This document shows, piece after piece, positions 9,416-21,208 of a stretch of 64,000 nucleotides of DNA. This stretch comes from Alphaproteobacteria bacterium (lineage in GTDB: Bacteria; Pseudomonadota; Alphaproteobacteria; GCA-2731375), in assembly GCA_965232515.1 (NCBI GenBank), contig CBDDPY010000002.1, forward strand, positions 2,555,528 through 2,619,527. The letters are read 5' to 3'. Every line of letters starts with the position of its first letter. The stretch's first letter is position 1. The position numbers and the translations under genes are program-made. Under the pieces are notes generated by a model. The model was not told the DNA's origin and made no database searches. It worked only from the letters and a program-made list of their open reading frames with translations.

Positions 9416-9490
9416 TGGCGTCCCCTAGGGGAATCGAACCCCTGTTTCGGGCGTGAGAGGCCCGCGTCCTGACCGCTAGACGAAGGGGAC
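9416..9490 (-). tRNA. tRNA-Glu (anticodon CUC)
   Basis: The minus strand reads GTCCCCTTCGTCTAGCGGTCAGGACGCGGGCCTCTCACGCCCGAAACAGGGGTTCGATTCCCCTAGGGGACGCCA. This is a cloverleaf with anticodon loop CT-CTC-AC, a T-arm GGTTCGATTCC and encoded CCA. It is very similar to the canonical bacterial tRNA-Glu. Confidence 0.85.
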
Positions 9491-9561
9491 GTCGGCGGAA
9501 AGCCGAGAAGTAGCGGCAGAGCGGGCCCAGGTCAAGGGGGTGCTAAGGCCGCCGGGCCAAC

Positions 9562-10602
9562 TCAGGCGGCCTCCAGATGGCGGCGGGCGCTGGCGATCAG
9601 GCGGTCCACGTCGTCGGGATCGGTGTTGAAGGCGGTGACGAGGCGGAGCGTGGTCGCCGTGGGCCCGCCCCAGCGCAGGAAGCCGACGCCGTCGGCGGCG
9701 AGACCGTCGATCACGGCCTCGGGCAGGCGGACGAAGACCTCGTTGGCCTCGACCGGATGTTCGAGCTCGGCGCCGGGCAGGGCCGCGAGACCGTCGGCGA
9801 GGCGGCGGGCGCAGGCGTTGGCGTGACGGGCGTTCTTGAGCCAGAGATCGTCGCGCACATAGGCGCGGAGCTGGGCCGAGAGGAAGCGCATCTTCGAGAA
9901 CAGATGGCCGCCGCGCTTGCGCCGGAAGCGGAAGTCGCGGGCGAGTTCGGGTTTGAAGAACAGCACGGCCTCGGCCGCCATGGCGCCGTTCTTAGTGGCG
10001 CCGAGCGACATCACGTCCACGCCGGCGCGCCAGGTGACGTCGGCCGGCGCGCAGCCGAGATGGGCGACGGCGTTGGCGAAGCGCGCGCCGTCCATATGCA
10101 GCGGCAGGCCGTGCGCCCGCGCGACCTCGGCGATGGCCCTGACCTCATCCACCGTGTAGACGGCGCCCTGCTCGCTCGCCTGCGTGACCGAGACGGCGGC
10201 GGGCTGGGCGTGATGCTCGACCCCGGTGCCGGCCGTGGCGAGCACCTCGGCGAGCGCCGCGGCATCGAACTTGGCGTGCGGCCCGTCGAGAAGCGTGAGC
10301 TTGGCGCCGCCCGTGAAGAATTCTGGCGCGTTGCACTCGTCCTCCTCGATATGGGCGTGGCGGTGGCAATAGACCGTGCCGTAGGGCGGCGCGAGCGTCG
10401 CCAGGGCCAGCGCGTTGGCGGCCGTGCCGGTGGCGACGGGATGCATGACGAGATCGCAGTCGAACAGCGTCCGCAGGTCGTCCTGCGCCGCGGCCGTCAT
10501 CTCGTCGGCGCCGTAGGCGGTCGCGCTGCCGCTGTTGGCCTCGGCGAGCGCCGCCATGATCTCGGGGCAGACGCCGGACGCGTTGTCGCTGGTGAAGTTC
10601 AC
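9562..10602 (-). CDS. ltaE: low-specificity L-threonine aldolase
   Basis: 346 aa. MNFTSDNASGVCPEIMAALAEAN... with the PLP-lysine context SLGATKNGAMAAEAVLF. A typical threonine aldolase. Confidence 0.85.
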   Translation of the reverse strand: MNFTSDNASGVCPEIMAALAEANSGSATAYGADEMTAAAQDDLRTLFDCDLVMHPVATGTAANALALATLAPPYGTVYCHRHAHIEEDECNAPEFFTGGAKLTLLDGPHAKFDAAALAEVLATAGTGVEHHAQPAAVSVTQASEQGAVYTVDEVRAIAEVARAHGLPLHMDGARFANAVAHLGCAPADVTWRAGVDVMSLGATKNGAMAAEAVLFFKPELARDFRFRRKRGGHLFSKMRFLSAQLRAYVRDDLWLKNARHANACARRLADGLAALPGAELEHPVEANEVFVRLPEAVIDGLAADGVGFLRWGGPTATTLRLVTAFNTDPDDVDRLIASARRHLEAA

Positions 10603-11027
10603 GGGCGCGCCCCGGCGTCGATGGCAAGGTCCAGCCGCTCGAAGCCGGCGCCGTCGGCCGTCAGCCGATGCGCCGCCACCTCGCCGACCTCGCGGTTTTC
10701 GACGGCGAGAATGACCCAGACCAGATCGGGCTCGGTCGCCCAGGCAAGATCGGTCGCCGAGGGCCGCGCCGGGCCGTCGGGATGGGAATGGTAATGCCCG
10801 ACGATATCGCGCGGCGATTGCCGCAGCGCCTTCTGCAGCCGCAGCCGCAGCGCCGGGTCGACCTCGAACCGGCGCCGGCGGTCGGCCGCGAGATTGGCGC
10901 CGGGCGCAAGTTGCGTGACCCGGATCTGGTCGTCCGCCTCGCGCGCGCCGACGAGGAGGCCGCAGGCTTCTTCCGGAAAGGCTGCCGTGGCGGCGGCCTT
11001 CATGGCGTCGAGCTGTTGGGGCGTGAA
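10599..11027 (-). CDS. Mov34/MPN/PAD-1 (JAB/JAMM) family metalloprotease-like protein
   Basis: JAMM motif elements: E in FPEEACGLL, HYHSHPDGPARPSATD (HxHx7Sx2D). GTG start (VILFTPQQL) overlaps the upstream stop. 4-nt overlap with ltaE. Confidence 0.7.
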   Translation of the reverse strand, partial: FTPQQLDAMKAAATAAFPEEACGLLVGAREADDQIRVTQLAPGANLAADRRRRFEVDPALRLRLQKALRQSPRDIVGHYHSHPDGPARPSATDLAWATEPDLVWVILAVENREVGEVAAHRLTADGAGFERLDLAIDAGARP

Positions 11028-11032
11028 CAGGA

Positions 11033-11357
11033 TCACGGGCCGGGCACCAGACGCACGACGCCGAGGCGCTGGCCCGTCGTCAGATCGAAGACGATGACCC
11101 GCTCGTTGCCGTCGGCGTCGGCGACGCGCACCGACAGGCGGTCGCCGCTGGCGCTGACATCGACGACCCGGTCGTCGGCCGGCAGCGCGACCTCGATCTC
11201 GCCGAACACGCGCTCGGCCGCCGCCATGCTCTCGGAGAGATCGCCGCTGGTCCGGGCAATGCCGACGACCAGCGCGATCAGGCCGATCACCAGCAATGTG
11301 GTCATCACGCCGACGAGCCACTTGAGTGCGGTCGTGTTCTGTGTCCAGTCTGAGATC

Positions 11358-11359
<2 letters not shown>
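11033..11359 (-). CDS. small membrane protein of unknown function (~90-108 aa; one TM helix then a soluble domain)
   Basis: TM helix LVGVMTTLLVIGLIALVVGIA. High GC3. The ATG at 11359 overlaps the rluD ATG through the palindrome CATG. An internal Met 18 codons downstream, at 11305, is an alternative start. Confidence 0.5.
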
Positions 11360-12341
<982 letters not shown>

Positions 12342-12458
12342 CCCAGAATGAAACATTCGTGCGAAACAACTGAACGGCGTTTTCTTGACAAAAGTCCACG
12401 AACTGAATAGCTCTAGTTCTTCCCTGACCAGAAATCCATCTTCCGAACGAGCGTTCCC

Positions 12459-13355
12459 ATGAGCGAGCGAAGCCTCTCGAGTGTCAATCTGCCGGCGCTG
12501 ACGCCGGAGGGCAGCCTGTCCCGCTACCTGCAGGAAATCCGCAAGTTTCCGATGCTGGAGCCCGAACAGGAGTACATGCTGGCGAAAGCCTGGCGGGAAA
12601 AGGACGACATCGATTCCGCGCATCAGCTGGTCACCAGCCATCTGCGGCTGGTGGCCAAGATCGCGATGGGCTATCGCGGCTACGGCCTGCCGGTCGGCGA
12701 GCTGATCGCCGAAGGCAATGTCGGCATGATGCAGGCGGTCAAGCGCTTCGATCCGGAGCGCGGCTTCCGTCTCGCCACCTATGCCATGTGGTGGATCCGG
12801 GCCGCCATCCAGGAATACATCCTGCGCTCCTGGTCGCTGGTGAAGATCGGCACCACGGCGGCGCAGAAGAAGCTGTTCTTCAACCTGCGCAAGATCAAAG
12901 GGCAACTACAGGCGATCGAGGAAGGCGACCTGCATCCCGACCAGGTGGCGCTGATCGCCAAGAAGCTGAACGTGCCCGAGCAGGACGTGGTGTCGATGAA
13001 CCGCCGGCTGGCGGCACCGGACAATTCGTTGAACGCGCCGGTGCGCGCCGACAGCGAGGGCGAGTGGCAGGACTGGCTGGTCGACGACACGATCGATCAG
13101 GAGACTCAGCTCGCGGAAAGCGAGGAGCTGAGCAACCGCCGCGACCTGCTGAAGCAGGCGATGACGCATCTGAACGATCGCGAGCGGCACATCCTGACCG
13201 AGCGGCGGCTGCAGGAAAGCCCGACAACGCTGGAAGACCTCAGCAAGGAATACGACATCAGCCGCGAGCGGGTCCGGCAGATCGAAGTCCGGGCCTTCGA
13301 AAAGCTGCAGAAGGCCATGCGCAAGGCCATGGTCGAACAGCGCACGAAACGGTAG
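12459..13355 (+). CDS. rpoH: RNA polymerase sigma-32 factor
   Basis: 298 aa. RpoH box QEIRKFPMLEPEQEY. Regions 2.x and 4.2 DISRERVRQIEVRAFEKL. Lies downstream of rluD, as in many Alphaproteobacteria. Confidence 0.92.
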   Translation: MSERSLSSVNLPALTPEGSLSRYLQEIRKFPMLEPEQEYMLAKAWREKDDIDSAHQLVTSHLRLVAKIAMGYRGYGLPVGELIAEGNVGMMQAVKRFDPERGFRLATYAMWWIRAAIQEYILRSWSLVKIGTTAAQKKLFFNLRKIKGQLQAIEEGDLHPDQVALIAKKLNVPEQDVVSMNRRLAAPDNSLNAPVRADSEGEWQDWLVDDTIDQETQLAESEELSNRRDLLKQAMTHLNDRERHILTERRLQESPTTLEDLSKEYDISRERVRQIEVRAFEKLQKAMRKAMVEQRTKR

Positions 13356-13386
13356 GGCCGACAGGTAGGACGGCGGCGGTCTTCCG

Positions 13387-14679
13387 CTAATCGACGAAGG
13401 GGTCGCGCACCAGGATCGTATCGTCGCGCTCCGGGCTGGTCGACAGCAGCGCCACGCGCACGCCGATCAGTTCCTCGATGCGGACGATGTACTTGATCGC
13501 CGTTGCCGGCAGATCGGCCCAGCTGCGCGCGCCGCGCGTGCTTTCCGACCAGCCTTCCAGGGTTTCGTAAACCGGCTCGACCCGGTGCTGCCGCTCGGAC
13601 TCGGCCGGCAGGTAGCCGATGTCGTCACCGTCGAGCTTGTAGCCGATGCAGACCTTGATCTCGGGCATGCCGTCCAGCACGTCGAGCTTGGTGAGCGCAA
13701 TGCCGTGAATGCCGCTCACCTTGACGGCCTGACGCACCATGACGGCGTCGAACCAGCCGCAGCGCCGCCGGCGCTGGGTGACGGTGCCGAACTCGTGGCC
13801 GCGCTCGCCCAGGCCGCGTCCGACGGCGTTGTCCTGCTCGGTCGGGAACGGGCCCTGGCCGACGCGGGTGGTGTAGGCCTTGGTGATGCCGAGGACGAAA
13901 TTCACCGCGTCCGGGCCGATACCGCAGCCGACGGCCGCCTCGCCCGCGATGGTGTTGGACGAGGTGACGAACGGATAGGTGCCGTGGTCGACGTCCAGCA
14001 TGGCGCCCTGCGCGCCCTCGAACAGGATGCGTTCGCCCTGCCGCCGGGCCTCGTCGAGGTCGCGCCAGATCACGGAACTATAGGGCAAGATCTCGGGAGC
14101 GATGGCCTGAAGTTCGGCGATCAGTTCAACGCCGTCGACCTCGGGCTGCTGCAATCCGCGCCTGAGCGCGTTGTGGTGCACCAGCAGATGGTCGACCTTG
14201 AAGCTGAGCGTGTCCGGATCCGAGAGGTCGCAGACCCGGATCGCGCGCCGGCCGACCTTGTCCTCGTAGGCTGGGCCGATACCGCGCCGCGTGGTGCCGA
14301 TGGCGCTGTTGCCGCGCGCCTCCTCGCGGAGCGCATCGAGCTCGCGATGCAGCGGCAGAATGAGCGTTGCGTTGTGCGCGATGCGCAGATTATCGGGGCC
14401 GACCTCGACGCCCATCTCGCGCACGGCGCGGATCTCCTCGACCAGCGCCCAGGGATCGATGACGACTCCGCTGCCGATCACCGACAGCTTGCCCGGTCGG
14501 ACGATTCCGGACGGCAACAGGCTGAGCTTGTAGGTCTTGCCGTCGATAACGAGCGTATGCCCGGCGTTGTGGCCGCCCTGAAACCGCGCCACCACGGCCG
14601 CCCGCTCGGACAGCCAGTCGACGATCTTGCCCTTGCCCTCGTCGCCCCATTGCGAGCCGACCACCGCGACATTGGCCAT
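13387..14679 (-). CDS. purA: adenylosuccinate synthetase
   Basis: [23 protein letters not shown]... is a canonical PurA N-terminus. 430 aa. Confidence 0.95.
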   Translation of the reverse strand: MANVAVVGSQWGDEGKGKIVDWLSERAAVVARFQGGHNAGHTLVIDGKTYKLSLLPSGIVRPGKLSVIGSGVVIDPWALVEEIRAVREMGVEVGPDNLRIAHNATLILPLHRELDALREEARGNSAIGTTRRGIGPAYEDKVGRRAIRVCDLSDPDTLSFKVDHLLVHHNALRRGLQQPEVDGVELIAELQAIAPEILPYSSVIWRDLDEARRQGERILFEGAQGAMLDVDHGTYPFVTSSNTIAGEAAVGCGIGPDAVNFVLGITKAYTTRVGQGPFPTEQDNAVGRGLGERGHEFGTVTQRRRRCGWFDAVMVRQAVKVSGIHGIALTKLDVLDGMPEIKVCIGYKLDGDDIGYLPAESERQHRVEPVYETLEGWSESTRGARSWADLPATAIKYIVRIEELIGVRVALLSTSPERDDTILVRDPFVD

Positions 14680-14729
14680 GCGTGCCCCTCTTCGTTCCGG
14701 TTGCCCGAGACCGCGGCGATGCGATCGGG

Positions 14730-15869
14730 TCAGTTCACCTCGACGGCGGCGCCGTCGAGAAAGACATGGCTGCAGCCCATCCGGCGCGCCTCGTCCGGCG
14801 CCGACTCGACGGCGGCGAGGCCACGCACCGTGCGCCAGCCATCCGCCCGGCAGCTTTTTGCGGCCGAGGCCGGCGTCCCGGCCGGCAGATAGAGCGTTCG
14901 GTCATTGGTAGGACTTGGTAGTGCTCGCATCACGCTGTCCATATAGAGCGTGAAGCCGGTCGCCGGCTCGCCGGTGGCCAAGTCGTAGCGGCCGCCCCGC
15001 CCCAGCTCGCCCCGCACGCCCTTCGCCAGCAAGGTGAAGCTGACGCCGGTCTGGTACTCGAAACCGCGACTTTCGCCGGGATCGACCGTCATCGTCAGAC
15101 CTTCGCCATCGGCCTGCAGCACAGTGACGACCTCGGCCAACCGATTCACAATCCCCTTGGCGTCGGCCGGTAGGGCCAGGGACTGCAGCGCCGGCAGCGC
15201 CGTCGCGACGGGTCCGGCTGCATCCAGAACCCCGGACAGCAGCGTCTTTGCATCGTTAGGCAGACCGTCGAGCGCGGCCCGGTCCTTTCGGTCAAGCGCG
15301 GCCCGCACCCGCTCCGCCAGCACCGGCTCCAGGCCGAAGTGATCGCAGACGATCGGCACCAGGCTCGGCACCGTCAGATCGACGGACAGCTGCTTCACGC
15401 CGACGGCGTTCAGCGATTCGGCCGCCAGCAGCACGACCTCGGCGTCGCCCGCCGGCAGATCGGCGCCGATCAGCTCGACGCCGGCCTGGGCGAACTGCCG
15501 CTCGGGCCGCAGCTGCGCGCCGCGCACGCGCAGGACCTGGCCGGCATAGCAAAGCCGCAGCGGCCGCGGCAGCTCGCGCAGCCGGGTGATGGCGATGCGG
15601 GCGACCTGCGTGGTCATGTCGGCGCGCACGGCCATCATGCGCTGCGAGATCGGGTCCATCAGGCGGAACATGTGGCGGGCGACGCTGGCGCCCGGCCCCG
15701 CCAGCAGGCTCTCCTCGAATTCGATCAGCGGCGGCTTGACGCGCTCGTAGCCCTGCGCCGAAAAGGCGCCGATCAGCCGCTCGATGACCCGCGCCTCGTG
15801 CGCGGCAAGCGGCGGCAGATCGTCGTGCAGGCCCTCGGGCAGCAGCGCAAGATTGGCCGTATCGTCCAT
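14730..15869 (-). CDS. hisZ: ATP phosphoribosyltransferase regulatory subunit
   Basis: HisRS-like class II core without an anticodon-binding domain. A purA-hisZ neighbourhood is typical in Alphaproteobacteria. Confidence 0.85.
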   Translation of the reverse strand: MDDTANLALLPEGLHDDLPPLAAHEARVIERLIGAFSAQGYERVKPPLIEFEESLLAGPGASVARHMFRLMDPISQRMMAVRADMTTQVARIAITRLRELPRPLRLCYAGQVLRVRGAQLRPERQFAQAGVELIGADLPAGDAEVVLLAAESLNAVGVKQLSVDLTVPSLVPIVCDHFGLEPVLAERVRAALDRKDRAALDGLPNDAKTLLSGVLDAAGPVATALPALQSLALPADAKGIVNRLAEVVTVLQADGEGLTMTVDPGESRGFEYQTGVSFTLLAKGVRGELGRGGRYDLATGEPATGFTLYMDSVMRALPSPTNDRTLYLPAGTPASAAKSCRADGWRTVRGLAAVESAPDEARRMGCSHVFLDGAAVEVN

Positions 15870-15939
15870 GGCGTCGAAAGTCTAGCTCACAACCCGGTCA
15901 CGAGACAGCGCGGGCACGCAGGCGCCGCGCCGTCCGCCG

Positions 15940-17523
15940 CTAACCGAAGGTCAGCGGCTTCGCCTGGACGACGTGGCTGAGGCCGCGCACCTCGGCCAGC
16001 ACCTTCTCGGACACCGCCTGGTCCACCTCGATGAGCGCGATGGCATCGCCGCCAGCCTCGGCCCGGCCGAGATGGAAGGTGGCGATATTGACGCCGGCAT
16101 TGCCCAGCGTGGTGCCGAGCGCGCCGATGAAGCCGGGCTTGTCCTCGTTGGTGACGTAAAGCATGTTCGGCGCCGTCTCGGCCTCGAGCTTGATGCCCTT
16201 GATCTGCACGATGCGCGGCCGCCGGTCGGCGAACAGCGTGCCGGCGACCGACCGGCTCTGCCGCTCGGTGGTGACGGTCAGGCGGATTAGCGTCTGGTAG
16301 TCGCCGGGCGCCTCGTCGCGCGTCTCGCGCACGTCGATGTCGCGCTGCTTGGCGATGGCCGCGGCGTTGACCATGTTGACCGTGTCCATCAGCGGACTGA
16401 GCAATCCTTCCAGCACGATCGAGGTCAGCGGCCGGGTGTTCAGCGTCGCGACATGGCCTTCGTATTCGATGTGCACGCCCTGGATCGCCGTCTCGGTGAG
16501 CTGCCCGGCGAAGCTGCCGAGCTCGCGCGCGAGATCGAAATAGGGCCGCAGCCGCGGCGCCTCCTCGGCCGTGACCGAGGCCATGTTCAGCGCGTTGGTG
16601 ACCGCCCCGTCGAGCAGGTAGTCGGACATCTGCTCGGCCACCTGAACGGCGACATTCTCCTGCGCTTCCGAGGTCGAGGCCCCGAGATGCGGCGTCGCCA
16701 CGACCTTGTCATGGCCGAACAGCACGTTCTCCTTCGCCGGTTCCTGCGAAAACACGTCGAGCGCGGCGCCGCCGACCTGGCCGGAATCGAGCGCCGCCAG
16801 CAGGTCGGCCTCGACGATCAGGCCGCCGCGCGCGCAGTTGATCAGGCGCACGCCCTGCTTGGCCTTGGCCAACGTCTCGCTGTTGAGCAGGCCCTTGGTC
16901 GATTCCGTCATTGGCGTGTGCAGCGAGATGAAGTCGGCGCGGGCCAACAGCTCGTCGAGCTCCACCTTCTCGATGCCGAGTTCGACGGCGCGCTCGAGCG
17001 CCAGGAACGGGTCGTAGACGACGACGCGCATCTTCAGGCCCTGCGCCCGGTCGGCCACGATCGAGCCGATATTGCCGCAGCCGATGATGCCGAGCACCTT
17101 GCCGTAGAGCTCGACGCCCATGAAGCGGCTCTTCTCCCACTTGCCGGCGTGGGTCGATTCATTGGCGGCCGGGATCTCCCGCGCCAGCGCCAGCATCATC
17201 GAGATGGCATGCTCGGCCGTCGTGATCGAGTTTCCGAACGGCGTGTTCATGACACAGACGCCGTTCGCCGTCGCCGCCTCGATATCGACATTGTCGACGC
17301 CGATGCCGGCGCGGCCGACGACCTTGAGCCGGCCATTGGCCGCGTTCAGGACATCTGATGTCACCTTGGTGGCCGACCGCACGGCGAGACCGTCATAGTC
17401 GCCGATCGCGGCGACCAGATCCTCGGGGCTGAGGTCGGTTCGCTCATCGACATCGACGCCCCGGCCGCGGAACACCTCCGCCGCGCGCGGGCTCATCTTG
17501 TCGGAAATCAGTACTTTCACCAT
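15940..17523 (-). CDS. serA: D-3-phosphoglycerate dehydrogenase
   Basis: 527 aa. NAD-binding GIIGCGNIGSIVADRA. Catalytic His context ATPHLGAST. C-terminal ACT domain. Confidence 0.92.
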   Translation of the reverse strand: MVKVLISDKMSPRAAEVFRGRGVDVDERTDLSPEDLVAAIGDYDGLAVRSATKVTSDVLNAANGRLKVVGRAGIGVDNVDIEAATANGVCVMNTPFGNSITTAEHAISMMLALAREIPAANESTHAGKWEKSRFMGVELYGKVLGIIGCGNIGSIVADRAQGLKMRVVVYDPFLALERAVELGIEKVELDELLARADFISLHTPMTESTKGLLNSETLAKAKQGVRLINCARGGLIVEADLLAALDSGQVGGAALDVFSQEPAKENVLFGHDKVVATPHLGASTSEAQENVAVQVAEQMSDYLLDGAVTNALNMASVTAEEAPRLRPYFDLARELGSFAGQLTETAIQGVHIEYEGHVATLNTRPLTSIVLEGLLSPLMDTVNMVNAAAIAKQRDIDVRETRDEAPGDYQTLIRLTVTTERQSRSVAGTLFADRRPRIVQIKGIKLEAETAPNMLYVTNEDKPGFIGALGTTLGNAGVNIATFHLGRAEAGGDAIALIEVDQAVSEKVLAEVRGLSHVVQAKPLTFG

Positions 17524-17535
17524 GGTATCGGATCC

Positions 17536-18699
17536 TCAGGCGGCCGGCCGATGGGCCGTCTTGGTTTCGGCATAGGCCCAGTCGAGCCAGGGCAGCAGGG
17601 CGGCGATATCGTCGGTCTCTATGGTCGCGCCGCACCAGATGCGCAGGCCCGGCGGCGCGTCGCGATAGGCGCCGATATCGAGCGCCACGCCCTCCTGCTC
17701 GAGCGTCGCGGCAAGCTGCTTGGCAACGGCAGCCTGCCGGTCGGTCGGCAGGCCGGCGAACCAGTCGTCGACAATCGAGAGGCAGACCGACGTGCAGGAG
17801 CGGCTCGCCGGATCGGCGGCCAGGAAGTCGACCCAGCCGGTGCGGGCAACCCAGTCGGCAATCGTGGCGAGGTTACGCTCCGACCGCGCAATCAGACCGT
17901 CCAGTCCGCCAACCGATTCGGCCCAGGTCAGCGCGGCGAGATAGTCCTCGACGCAGAGCATGGACGGCGTGTTGATGGTCTCGCCCTTGAACACGCCCTC
18001 GATCAGCTTGCCGCCCTTGGTCAGACGGAAGATCTTCGGCAGCGGCCAGGGCGGCGCGTAGCTCTCGAGCCGGGCGACGGCGCGCGGGCTCAGGATCAGC
18101 ATGCCGTGCTGCGCCTCGCCGCCCAGCACCTTTTGCCAGGAGAAGGTGGTGACGTCGAGCTTGTCCCACGGCAGCGCCATGGCGAACGCGGCCGAGGTCG
18201 CATCGCAAATCGTCAGGCCCTGCCGTTCGTCGGCGATCCAGTCGCCATCCGGCACCCGCACGCCCGAGGTGGTGCCGTTCCAGCAGAACACGATGTCGCG
18301 CGCCGGATCGGCTTGCGACAGGTCGGGCAGATCGCCGTAGCCGGCCTCGAGCACTCGCACGTCTTCCAGCTTCAGCTGCTTCAGCACGTCGGTCACCCAA
18401 CCGTGGCCGAAACTCTCCCAGGCCAGCAGATCGATGCCGCGTTCGCCGAGCAGCGACCACAAGGCCATCTCGACGGCGCCGGTGTCGGACGCCGGCGTGA
18501 TGCCGATGCGATAGTCGGCCGGCACGCCAAGCAGATCCCGGGTCCGTTCGATGGCCGCCGACAGGCGCGCCTTGCCGTCTTTCGACCGGTGCGATCGTCC
18601 GAGCACCGCGTCGGCCAGCGCCTGGGGGCTCCAGCCGGGATACTTGGCACAGGGGCCGGACGAGAAATTCGGCACGTCGGGCGCAAGGTTCGGCTTCAT
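17536..18699 (-). CDS. serC: phosphoserine aminotransferase
   Basis: [23 protein letters not shown]... of the alphaproteobacterial SerC type. Lies immediately upstream of serA in the operon. Start taken at Met17 of the track ORF. Confidence 0.85.
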   Translation of the reverse strand: MKPNLAPDVPNFSSGPCAKYPGWSPQALADAVLGRSHRSKDGKARLSAAIERTRDLLGVPADYRIGITPASDTGAVEMALWSLLGERGIDLLAWESFGHGWVTDVLKQLKLEDVRVLEAGYGDLPDLSQADPARDIVFCWNGTTSGVRVPDGDWIADERQGLTICDATSAAFAMALPWDKLDVTTFSWQKVLGGEAQHGMLILSPRAVARLESYAPPWPLPKIFRLTKGGKLIEGVFKGETINTPSMLCVEDYLAALTWAESVGGLDGLIARSERNLATIADWVARTGWVDFLAADPASRSCTSVCLSIVDDWFAGLPTDRQAAVAKQLAATLEQEGVALDIGAYRDAPPGLRIWCGATIETDDIAALLPWLDWAYAETKTAHRPAA

Positions 18700-19043
18700 C
18701 GACTTCTTCCCTTCAGTGGGCGTTGCCCCGACAACGCCGACACACATTCCCGCTGGCCGAGCCTCCGAAGACGCGGCAATGCCGGCCTCGGATCGAGGTC
18801 CATGCGATTGATTTGGACTGTTCCTATTCCATGCGATCGCTGCCGGCGGGGTCGCGAAGCATATTGCGCAGCGTATGCAAAAGTCCCATTAACGACGTCG
18901 GACGGCGGCGATAGTATGGACGCGCCTTGCCATGTCAACGGGCGATTTGTCGCGGTCGGGCATCGGCACCCGGTTGACTTCCATGGCCGCCGGCGTTTGT
19001 CATGCGGCCTTCGAATTCGCGTTCCCGATCGAGGCGTCAGCGC

Positions 19044-20177
19044 ATGATTCCCTGCCAACGATCCCTGTTCGACCTGCCCGACGACGTGGCCTATTTCAAC
19101 TGCGCCTATATGTCGCCGCTGATGAAGCCGGTCGTGGCCGCCGGTGAGGCCGGGGTCGCCCGCAAGGCCCGGCCGTGGCAGATAACCCCGCCGGACTTCT
19201 TCACAGGCCCGGAGAAGGCCCGCGGTCTGTTCGCCGAGCTGATCGGCGGCGAAGCCGACAACATCGCGGTCATTCCGGCCGCCAGCTATGGGATCGCGGC
19301 TGCCGCCCGCAACATCCCCATCGGGCGCAATCAGCGCGTCGTGGTGCTGGCGAGCCAGTTTCCCTCCAACGTCTATGTCTGGCGCGAGCGCACGCGCGAG
19401 ACCGGCGGCAAGTTCACCACCGTCAAGCGGCCCGACAACGGCGACTGGACGTCGGCGATCCTCGACGCCATCGACGACGACACCGCGGTGGTCGCGACCG
19501 CGAACTGCCACTGGACCGACGGCGGACTGATCGACGTGGCGGCTGTCGGCAGCCGATGCCGCGAGGTTGGCGCGGCCTTCGTGCTCGACCTGACGCAGTC
19601 GATCGGCGCGCTGCCCTTCGATGTGCAAGCGGCGCACGCCGATTTCGCCATTGCCGCCTGCTACAAATGGATGATGGGGCCCTACTCGCTGGGTTTCATG
19701 CACGTGGCGCCGCGCTACCACGAAGGCCGGCCGCTGGAACACAACTGGATGGCGCGAGCCGGCAGCGAGGATTTCACGGCGCTGGTGAACTACCAAAACG
19801 ACTTTCAGCCCGGCGCGCGGCGGTTCGACATGGGCGAGACGGCGAACTTTCATCTGCTGCCCATGGCCATCGCCGCGCTCGAGCAGTTGCTGGCCTGGAC
19901 GCCCGCGGCCGTGCAAACGACGCTGACCGAGATGACCGGATCGATCGCGGCGCGCGCGGAACAGCTTGGCCTGATCGCCTCCGATCCGCGCTACCGCGCC
20001 GGCCACTTCCTCGGCCTCCGCTTTCCGGGCGGACCGCCGGACGGGCTGCTGGAACGCCTCGCACAAGCTCAGGTGCATGTCAGCCTGCGCGGCGATTCGA
20101 TGCGGGTGACGCCGCACGTCTACAACAACACGGCCGATATCGACCGGCTGATCGACACCCTGCAATCTTCGCTTTGA
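19044..20177 (+). CDS. aminotransferase class V-fold PLP-dependent enzyme (function unassigned)
   Basis: 377 aa. Fold-type I class V signature region AIAACYKWMMGPYSLGF. First gene of a three-gene tightly spaced set. Confidence 0.75.
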   Translation: MIPCQRSLFDLPDDVAYFNCAYMSPLMKPVVAAGEAGVARKARPWQITPPDFFTGPEKARGLFAELIGGEADNIAVIPAASYGIAAAARNIPIGRNQRVVVLASQFPSNVYVWRERTRETGGKFTTVKRPDNGDWTSAILDAIDDDTAVVATANCHWTDGGLIDVAAVGSRCREVGAAFVLDLTQSIGALPFDVQAAHADFAIAACYKWMMGPYSLGFMHVAPRYHEGRPLEHNWMARAGSEDFTALVNYQNDFQPGARRFDMGETANFHLLPMAIAALEQLLAWTPAAVQTTLTEMTGSIAARAEQLGLIASDPRYRAGHFLGLRFPGGPPDGLLERLAQAQVHVSLRGDSMRVTPHVYNNTADIDRLIDTLQSSL

Positions 20178-20208
20178 CCAAGAATTCGACAGACGGAGCT
20201 GGCGACAG

Positions 20209-21198
20209 ATGACCATGCAATACGTCCCGTTCGGCAATACCGGCATGAAGGTCTCGCGGCTGTGCCTCGGCACGCTCACCTTCGGCGCGCCGCAATGGCG
20301 CGACTGGGTGATGGACGAGGCCGACAGCCGGCCGATCGTCAAGTCGGCGCTGGATGCCGGCATCAACTTCATCGACACGGCCGACATGTATTCGCTCGGC
20401 GCCAGCGAGGAGGTCGTCGGCAAGATCCTCGCCGACATCGGGCCGCCGCGCGACGAGCTGGTGGTGGCGACCAAGGTCTACAACCGCATGAAGGACGATC
20501 CCAACGCCCGCGGCCTGTCGCGCAAGCACATCATGGAGGGCATCGACGCGTCGCTGAAGCGGCTACGGATGGACTATGTCGACCTCTACCAGATACACCG
20601 CTGGGACTACGAGACGCCGATCGAGGAGACGCTGGACGCGCTGAATGACGTAGTGCGCGCCGGCAAAGCGCTCTATATCGGCGCGTCCAGCATGTGGGCC
20701 TGGCAGTTCATGAAGGCGCTGGAGATTTCGCGCCGCAACGGCTGGGCGCCGTTCGTCTCGATGCAGCCGCACTACAACCTGATCTACCGCGAGGAGGAAC
20801 GCGAGATGCTGCCGCTCTGCCGCAGCGAGGGCATTGCCGTCATTCCCTGGAGCCCGCTGGCGCGCGGCTTCCTGGCCGGCAACCGGCACCGGCAGGGCGG
20901 CGGCGACACGGCGCGGGCGAAGAACGATCCGATGGCGCAGCAGGACTATTACAGCGACCAGGATTTCCAGATCGCCGACAAGGTCGTCGAGATCGCGCAC
21001 AAGCGCGGCGTCGCTCCGACGCAGGTGGCGCTCGCCTGGCACTTAAGCAAGCCGCACATCACCGCGCCCATTGTCGGCGTCTCCAAGGTCGAGCACGTGC
21101 TGAGCCACGTCGCCGCGCTGGAGGTCGAGCTGACGGACGACGAGATCGCCGCGCTGGACGCGCCGTACCGGCCGAAACCGGTCGCCGGACACGAATAG
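20209..21198 (+). CDS. aldo/keto reductase
   Basis: 329 aa. AKR motifs GINFIDTADMY, LYQIHRWD, IPWSPLARG. Confidence 0.85.
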   Translation: MTMQYVPFGNTGMKVSRLCLGTLTFGAPQWRDWVMDEADSRPIVKSALDAGINFIDTADMYSLGASEEVVGKILADIGPPRDELVVATKVYNRMKDDPNARGLSRKHIMEGIDASLKRLRMDYVDLYQIHRWDYETPIEETLDALNDVVRAGKALYIGASSMWAWQFMKALEISRRNGWAPFVSMQPHYNLIYREEEREMLPLCRSEGIAVIPWSPLARGFLAGNRHRQGGGDTARAKNDPMAQQDYYSDQDFQIADKVVEIAHKRGVAPTQVALAWHLSKPHITAPIVGVSKVEHVLSHVAALEVELTDDEIAALDAPYRPKPVAGHE

Positions 21199-21208
21199 GG
21201 ACCAACTC

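Noticed and set aside
9383-9420. intrinsic terminator after tRNA-Glu
   Set aside because: The 9-bp stem CCAACCACC/GGTGGTTGG exists, but the U-run on the tRNA strand lies ~25 nt beyond it. So it is not a canonical rho-independent terminator. The stem also overlaps the acceptor end.
9577-10794. 405-aa plus-strand ORF
   Set aside because: Antisense to ltaE and the MPN gene. Gly/Arg/Ala-rich nonsense translation.
10668-11357. 5' 230 codons of the 557-aa ORF 10668-12341
   Set aside because: This portion is antisense to the MPN and membrane-protein genes and has no RluD homology. rluD begins at the ATG at 11358 (MSGPSEEIVH...).
18696-20474. 592-aa minus-strand ORF
   Set aside because: Antisense to the class-V aminotransferase and the AKR start. 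No motifs.
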